From assembly GCA_043805415.1 (NCBI GenBank), contig JAZDHZ010000014.1, positions 10,393 through 74,392 on the forward strand: DNA of 64,000 nt, given 5' to 3'. How positions within the stretch are numbered: the first letter of the stretch is position 1; every line of letters starts with the position of its first letter. Below the pieces are notes generated by a model. That model was not told the DNA's origin. It searched no databases and saw only the letters and a program-made list of their open reading frames with translations. Shown piece after piece: positions 59,043-64,000 of this stretch. Both the position numbers and the translations under genes were made by a program. Source of the DNA: Candidatus Omnitrophota bacterium (GTDB lineage Bacteria; Omnitrophota; Gorgyraeia; B26-G9).

Positions 59043-60035
59043 TTACGGTACTTCTATTTCATCAAAAATAGTTTTAATAATATCTTCGCTTGTTTTACCT
59101 TGCGCCTCAGCCTCATAAGACACAATCAATCGATGCCTAAGCACATCCATGCCGATTGATTTAATATCCTGCGGCGTAACATAACCTCTGCCTTGAATAA
59201 AAGCATATGCCTTGGCCGCGGTGATTAAATATATGCTTGCGCGAGGAGACACGCCATAATGAATCATATCTTTTAAACTTTCCAACCCATAATCCTGGGG
59301 ATTACGGGTAGCAAAAACAAGATCAATAACATATTTTTCGATTTTTTCATCAACATATATTTGGTCAACAACTGTCCGCGCTCTTAATATCGCGTCCGGA
59401 TGAACAACTGGTTTGATTGATATTTTTTTATCAGTTTGCGCCATGCTGCGCATGATCTGCAATTCCTCAGCTTGTGTGGGATAAGTAACTTTTACTTTGA
59501 GCATAAAACGATCAATCTGCGCCTCAGGTAAAGGATATGTGCCTTCCTGCTCAATCGGGTTCTGGGTTGCCATAACCATAAACGGACTATCTAATAAAAA
59601 TGTTTCCTGGCCGATGGTAACCTGTCTTTCCTGCATTGCTTCCAGCAACGCGCTTTGGACTTTTGCCGGAGCGCGGTTGATTTCATCAGCTAAAATTATA
59701 TTGGCAAAAATCGGACCTTTTTTAGTAGTAAACTTACCGTCTTTCGGATTATAGACCAGTGTGCCCAGCAAATCAGCCGGCAATAAATCCGGAGTAAACT
59801 GAATTCTTTGAAACTTAGTATCAATCGCCTGGGCAAGAACATTAACTGAAAGCGTTTTCGCCAGACCCGGCACACCTTCAAGTAATATATGTCCATTGGC
59901 CAAAATCCCCACCAGAAGTCTTTCAATAAGATATTTTTGGCCAACAATAATATTTCCGATCTCACTGGTCAAATCTTTGATAAACACACTTTCTTGTTTT
60001 ACTTTTTCATTAATTGCTGTAATTCCAGCGCTCAT
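59043..60035 (-). CDS. MoxR-family AAA+ ATPase
   Basis: Walker A GVPGLAKT, Walker B ILADEINRA, conserved MoxR segment FMVMATQNP. Confidence 0.9.
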   Translation of the reverse strand: MSAGITAINEKVKQESVFIKDLTSEIGNIIVGQKYLIERLLVGILANGHILLEGVPGLAKTLSVNVLAQAIDTKFQRIQFTPDLLPADLLGTLVYNPKDGKFTTKKGPIFANIILADEINRAPAKVQSALLEAMQERQVTIGQETFLLDSPFMVMATQNPIEQEGTYPLPEAQIDRFMLKVKVTYPTQAEELQIMRSMAQTDKKISIKPVVHPDAILRARTVVDQIYVDEKIEKYVIDLVFATRNPQDYGLESLKDMIHYGVSPRASIYLITAAKAYAFIQGRGYVTPQDIKSIGMDVLRHRLIVSYEAEAQGKTSEDIIKTIFDEIEVP

Positions 60036-60258
60036 GACTACCTCCTTTTAATTGCCGAATAAGCTAACTGATCCTGATTGATCATGGTTGCTTAATTTAT
60101 TGCTGAAAAGTTTTAGAGCAGGAGTAGGAAAAATTAGCGCGTGAAATATCCCCTGAATCCCAGGCCAAGAGCTTCCCCTACTCTATTTATAATATTTTAT
60201 AATTATCAAAAAATATTTTTTTTGTCAAGCCCTGGCGCTATGCCAGCCGCGGTTTATT

Positions 60259-63200
60259 TTAAATCTTTTCTATTTGCTTTGCGCAAATATTATCCCCATT
60301 TTTCCGCAATTTTCTTACTGTGGGATGACAAGCAATTTTCATGGTCCAATCATCAATAATCGCGTAAAGACAAGGCATAACCACCAAGGTAAGTCCCGTA
60401 GCAAAAGCCAGTCCCCAGGCAATGGCCAAGGCCATGGGCTGCAAAAACGGATCAAAGCCGCCAATGCCATAAGCCACAGTGCTTAAACCAGCCACTGTAG
60501 TTAAGGTTGTCAGCATTACCGGACGAAAGCGCAATACCCCGGAATTAATAATTGAATCGCGCCTGGTCATGCCCTCCTGTCGGAGTTTATTGATAAAATC
60601 AACTAAAACAATCGAATCATTTACCACAACTCCGGACAAACCGACTATACCGATAAATGCCAGTAAACCCAGAGATTCCTGATGCAGCCATAAAGCCACA
60701 ACCACACCGATTAAGGAATAAGGAATAGCCATCATGACAATAAACGGCTGAACAAGCGATTTAAATAAAGTGGCTAAAATCATAAAAATCGCCAAAATCG
60801 CGATTAGAAACGCGATCATCAGATCCCGGAAAGATTCCTGATTTTCCTTTTCTTCGCCGCCTAAACTCAGCGAGTATCCCGGATATGCTTGAGCTAAAGT
60901 TTCAAATTTTTCCATCACATTTGCTGTCAAAACCAAGGACTTGATAACTTTTTGATCAACACTGGCAGCTAACTGAATATAGCGGCTGCCATCCATATGC
61001 GAGATACTGCGCAAGCCCTGAGACTGTTCAATCACGGCAACCTTATTTAAAGGAATTAAATCCCCGCGGCTATTAGCAATCCGCAATTTGTTGAAAATTT
61101 CCTGGCTGGTTCTTTGCTGCTGGGGCACGCGCACCCTTACTTTGATTTCTTCTTCCGCCTTGGTTTTTTTAATTGCTGTGGCAATCCCGCCTTCAAAAGC
61201 ATTGCGCAGACTAGCGGCAATCGAACCCACGCTTAATCCGGTAACTGCTGCTTGTTCGCGATTAACCGCGATCCGCAGTTCGCGATTACCCAAAGTATAA
61301 CTATCCGAAGCATCTGACACTCCGGGAAAAGTTTCCATATATGTTTTTAATTCCTGAGCCAGCTTACGTAAAACAATCAGATCATCACCTTTAATATTAA
61401 ACTCCACATCCCGGCCGACTGGCGGGCCTTCTTTTAATTCATAGAAATAGAGTTTTTCAAATCCCTTTATTTTTTCCAATTCCGGACGCAAATCATTGAC
61501 AATTTCTTTTGGTCCTTTATCCCGCTGCTGCAGCGGCGTTAAATAAATATGGATTTGCGCTACATTTGAACCAGACTGCGCGGTAGGATCACCCATACCA
61601 CGTCCCGAATCAATTGCCCCGATCGTAGTAACAAAAGAACTTAAATACTGCTTGGGCAGAGAATTGACCAAGGCTTCTACCGGCGCCATTAATTCATTGG
61701 TGACTTCCAAAGGAGTTCCTACCTTTGCTTCAGCGCGAATCAGCAGTTCTTCAATGCCCTTGCCGCCAAACATCTCTCTGGGCAAAACCAGAACAATAAC
61801 CATAATCGCGCCAATCAAAACAAGCGTAGACAAAGCAACTACGAGATATCGCGCCTGCAAGGCTTTTTCTAAAATCTGTTTATAGGCTTTAATCATCTTA
61901 TCCAATACAGGATATTTTTTTACCAGCATTGAGCATCCGCCAACCGCGGCAATCACCAGCACAGTACTTAAAGGACTGCTATGGGTCACAATTGACAGCC
62001 ATGCGCCGATAACAGCGGATAAAATAGTAATCACCAGCATTGTATAAAAATCCCGGTTTGTTTGCTGTTTTTCCGCTTTCAAACCATGGATTGGTTTTAA
62101 AAAATCCGCCAGATGTGAAGGCAAAATAAAAAAAGCTTCTAAAACCGAGGCGCACAAAGCTACAATCACCATCAGGGGAATATAACGCAAGAATTTACCC
62201 AGGATACCGCCCATATACATCAACGGGAAAAACGCGGCAATCGTTGTAATGATCGTAGCCGCGACCGGAGCAATAACTTCATTTGTGCCTTTTATCGCTG
62301 CTTGCTGCGGGGACATGCCTTGCTCAACATAGCGATAGACGTTCTCCGAGATAATAATGCCATCATCAACAATCATTCCAATAACAATGATCAAACCAAA
62401 CATGGTCAACAGATTAACCGTAATCCCCATCCAGAGCATAACCGCCAGAGTCACGCACATGGCAATCGGAATGCCCAGGGCAGTAAAAAAAGCCGGCCGG
62501 GAATGCAAAAAAGCAAATAAGATCAGCACTACAAACACAAAACCAATAAAACCATTGGAGCGCAAGACATTCAGCCTGCGATTAATATAATAAGACATAT
62601 CATCAAAAGTTGTTATTTCAACCTCTTTTGGTATTGTGAGTTTAAATTTCTCCAGAGTTTTATAAGTAGCGTCAACAACATTAATCGCGTCGCCTTTTTC
62701 CTTTTTATATACTTCCAAAGTAATTGCCGGCTTGCCCATGTTTTTATTAATAATTGTCTGCTCTTCAAAAGTAAGCTTTACCCGCGCGACATCCGCGATT
62801 TTCAGCCAATTTCCAGTATCATTGGCGCGGATAATAACATTTTCGATTTCCTCTTTTGTCGTAAACTCGCCGGTGGTCTTAATCGCGAATTCCTCAGCCG
62901 GCGTATTCAGCTTACCCGCCGGCACTGTCACATTGCGCGCTTTTAATGCCTGCATAATCTCATCAATCGAAACATGCAGATTCTCTAATTTAGTTAAATC
63001 CGGCTCGATCCAAAATTCCTGATCGCGGTATCCGCTGCGCGTGACTTTCGCTACCCCGGGAATATCTTCCAGCTGATCTTTTAAATTATCCGCAATTTCC
63101 TGAAGTTTAAATTCATCGGCCTGCCCGCCCACGCCAATATTAATAACCGGAAAGATCTTACTGTTAATCTCAAGAACCAGCGGACGGTCTTCCACTGCTT

Positions 63201-63567
63201 CCGGCAGATCCACAACCCGGTCCACTGCTTTTTGAATATCATTAACGATTTTTCTCCGGTCATTTTCATCAATATCCGGATTCATTTTTAAAGAAATAAT
63301 TGACGTGCCGTCGCGGGAGATTGAGAGCATTTCATCAATATCATCTACTTCCCGCAATTCTTTTTCTAATAGCGTGGTTACTAGTTTTTCCACATCTTCG
63401 GCCGGCGCTCCGGGGTAAACCGTCTGCACTGAAACTTCGTCAAAATCAATTACCGGAAAAGCTTCCCGCCGCAAAGTAAACATGGAAATCGTGCCGACAA
63501 TCAGGATCAAGGCTGAGATGAGATTAATAAATAATGAGTTTTTAACTGAAAATTCAGCGATCTTCAT
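60259..63567 (-). CDS. RND-family efflux transporter permease (AcrB/HAE1-like)
   Basis: 1102 aa, 12 TM with two large periplasmic loops, typical N-terminus MKIAEFSVKNSLFINLISALILIVG. Confidence 0.9.
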   Translation of the reverse strand: MKIAEFSVKNSLFINLISALILIVGTISMFTLRREAFPVIDFDEVSVQTVYPGAPAEDVEKLVTTLLEKELREVDDIDEMLSISRDGTSIISLKMNPDIDENDRRKIVNDIQKAVDRVVDLPEAVEDRPLVLEINSKIFPVINIGVGGQADEFKLQEIADNLKDQLEDIPGVAKVTRSGYRDQEFWIEPDLTKLENLHVSIDEIMQALKARNVTVPAGKLNTPAEEFAIKTTGEFTTKEEIENVIIRANDTGNWLKIADVARVKLTFEEQTIINKNMGKPAITLEVYKKEKGDAINVVDATYKTLEKFKLTIPKEVEITTFDDMSYYINRRLNVLRSNGFIGFVFVVLILFAFLHSRPAFFTALGIPIAMCVTLAVMLWMGITVNLLTMFGLIIVIGMIVDDGIIISENVYRYVEQGMSPQQAAIKGTNEVIAPVAATIITTIAAFFPLMYMGGILGKFLRYIPLMVIVALCASVLEAFFILPSHLADFLKPIHGLKAEKQQTNRDFYTMLVITILSAVIGAWLSIVTHSSPLSTVLVIAAVGGCSMLVKKYPVLDKMIKAYKQILEKALQARYLVVALSTLVLIGAIMVIVLVLPREMFGGKGIEELLIRAEAKVGTPLEVTNELMAPVEALVNSLPKQYLSSFVTTIGAIDSGRGMGDPTAQSGSNVAQIHIYLTPLQQRDKGPKEIVNDLRPELEKIKGFEKLYFYELKEGPPVGRDVEFNIKGDDLIVLRKLAQELKTYMETFPGVSDASDSYTLGNRELRIAVNREQAAVTGLSVGSIAASLRNAFEGGIATAIKKTKAEEEIKVRVRVPQQQRTSQEIFNKLRIANSRGDLIPLNKVAVIEQSQGLRSISHMDGSRYIQLAASVDQKVIKSLVLTANVMEKFETLAQAYPGYSLSLGGEEKENQESFRDLMIAFLIAILAIFMILATLFKSLVQPFIVMMAIPYSLIGVVVALWLHQESLGLLAFIGIVGLSGVVVNDSIVLVDFINKLRQEGMTRRDSIINSGVLRFRPVMLTTLTTVAGLSTVAYGIGGFDPFLQPMALAIAWGLAFATGLTLVVMPCLYAIIDDWTMKIACHPTVRKLRKNGDNICAKQIEKI

Positions 63568-63600
63568 AAAATATAATTCCTTTGTTTAACTGCTAAAACT

Positions 63601-64000
63601 TTAGAGCTTATCCGTCCAATAAGCATTAAGTAATGAATTTTCCGCTTGCTGCAAATCAATCCGCGCTGCCTTATAGGCAAACAATGTCTGCGCCAGATTG
63701 CGCTGAGCAGTTAATAAATCCTGCTGAAAGCGAACTAAAGTATCAGTATTTGATCGTCCGTTGCGAAACCGTTTTTCTTCAAACAATAATTTTTTCTCCT
63801 GGAGAGTAATAATCTTTTGGCGCGATTTAATATTTTCAATGTGCACATTTACCGTATCCACCGCGTTATTAATCTCCACAATAATCGCGTGTTCTATTCT
63901 TTTTAATCCCAACAAGGCTTTGGCTTTTTCATTTTCCGCTTTCTGCTTTTTCGAACGCGCGGCGCGATTTTCCAAGGGCAGAGACAAGCTTAGGCCCAGA
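63601..64000 (-). CDS. Outer-membrane efflux factor (TolC-family), C-terminal part only; gene continues beyond window end
   Basis: Coiled-coil region (TLFAYKAARIDLQQAEN) and C-terminal NAYWTDKL-stop, typical of OMF proteins; stop at 63601, 33 nt upstream of the RND start. Confidence 0.65.
   Translation of the reverse strand, partial: LGLSLSLPLENRAARSKKQKAENEKAKALLGLKRIEHAIIVEINNAVDTVNVHIENIKSRQKIITLQEKKLLFEEKRFRNGRSNTDTLVRFQQDLLTAQRNLAQTLFAYKAARIDLQQAENSLLNAYWTDKL

Noticed and set aside
60035-60259. Missing periplasmic adaptor (MFP) gene between the OMF and RND genes
   Set aside because: Only 33 nt separate the OMF stop from the RND start; the adaptor is presumably upstream of the OMF gene beyond the window edge, so no conclusion can be drawn
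1-64000. CRISPR arrays
   Set aside because: No series of regularly spaced direct repeats of 25-40 bp was seen anywhere in the window

Overview
AT-rich bacterial chromosomal segment of 64 kb, with most genes on the minus strand. All protein calls below rest on motifs and architecture read by eye from the ORF track; none have been confirmed by profile search. Left third, about 1-17.4 kb, is core housekeeping. It holds a ptsI fragment running off the window edge, an Mla/MCE-type ABC operon (MlaE with a fused STAS domain, MlaF, MlaD and a lipoprotein), and TrkH next to a KdpD-like/KdpE-like two-component pair. It continues with a pseudouridine synthase, tRNA-Asn(GTT), recR, dnaX, a CaCA exchanger, corA and a PNPOx-like protein. 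Immediately beside tRNA-Asn lies an unusually GC-rich, roughly 240-nt highly structured segment that I cannot assign to any known RNA family. The middle, about 25-50 kb, looks like a mosaic accessory/defense island anchored at tRNA-Ser(GCT). A large serine recombinase ORF overlaps the tRNA 3' end and is preceded by a perfect sigma70-type promoter. The island carries an Abi_2 (AbiD/F-type) gene with an XRE regulator and a type IIS-like R-M pair whose two-domain Dam-like methyltransferase is frameshifted in a G-run. Next to these are a YfbU-family gene and a 1000-aa metallophosphoesterase/NTPase-like protein preceded by a decayed XRE paralog. It also has three different proteins with HEPN-type R-x4-H motifs, one of them fused to a CBS pair, plus a PD-(D/E)xK-like protein and an AlbA_2/HATPase protein. 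The island holds many gene remnants: two DnaD-like fragments, a RadC N-terminal fragment plus a shorter C-terminal-stub repeat (probable RadC), an XRE fragment, a GIY-YIG fragment and an IS-type HTH fragment. The right part has tadA directly beside its substrate tRNA-Arg(ACG). It also has a MoxR-DUF58-BatA-BatB-BatC-BatD-BatE operon interrupted in an intergenic spacer by a small hairpin-rich MITE-like insertion with a 7-bp duplication. Further right are an RND efflux pump and the C-terminal end of an outer-membrane factor gene. No CRISPR array was seen.
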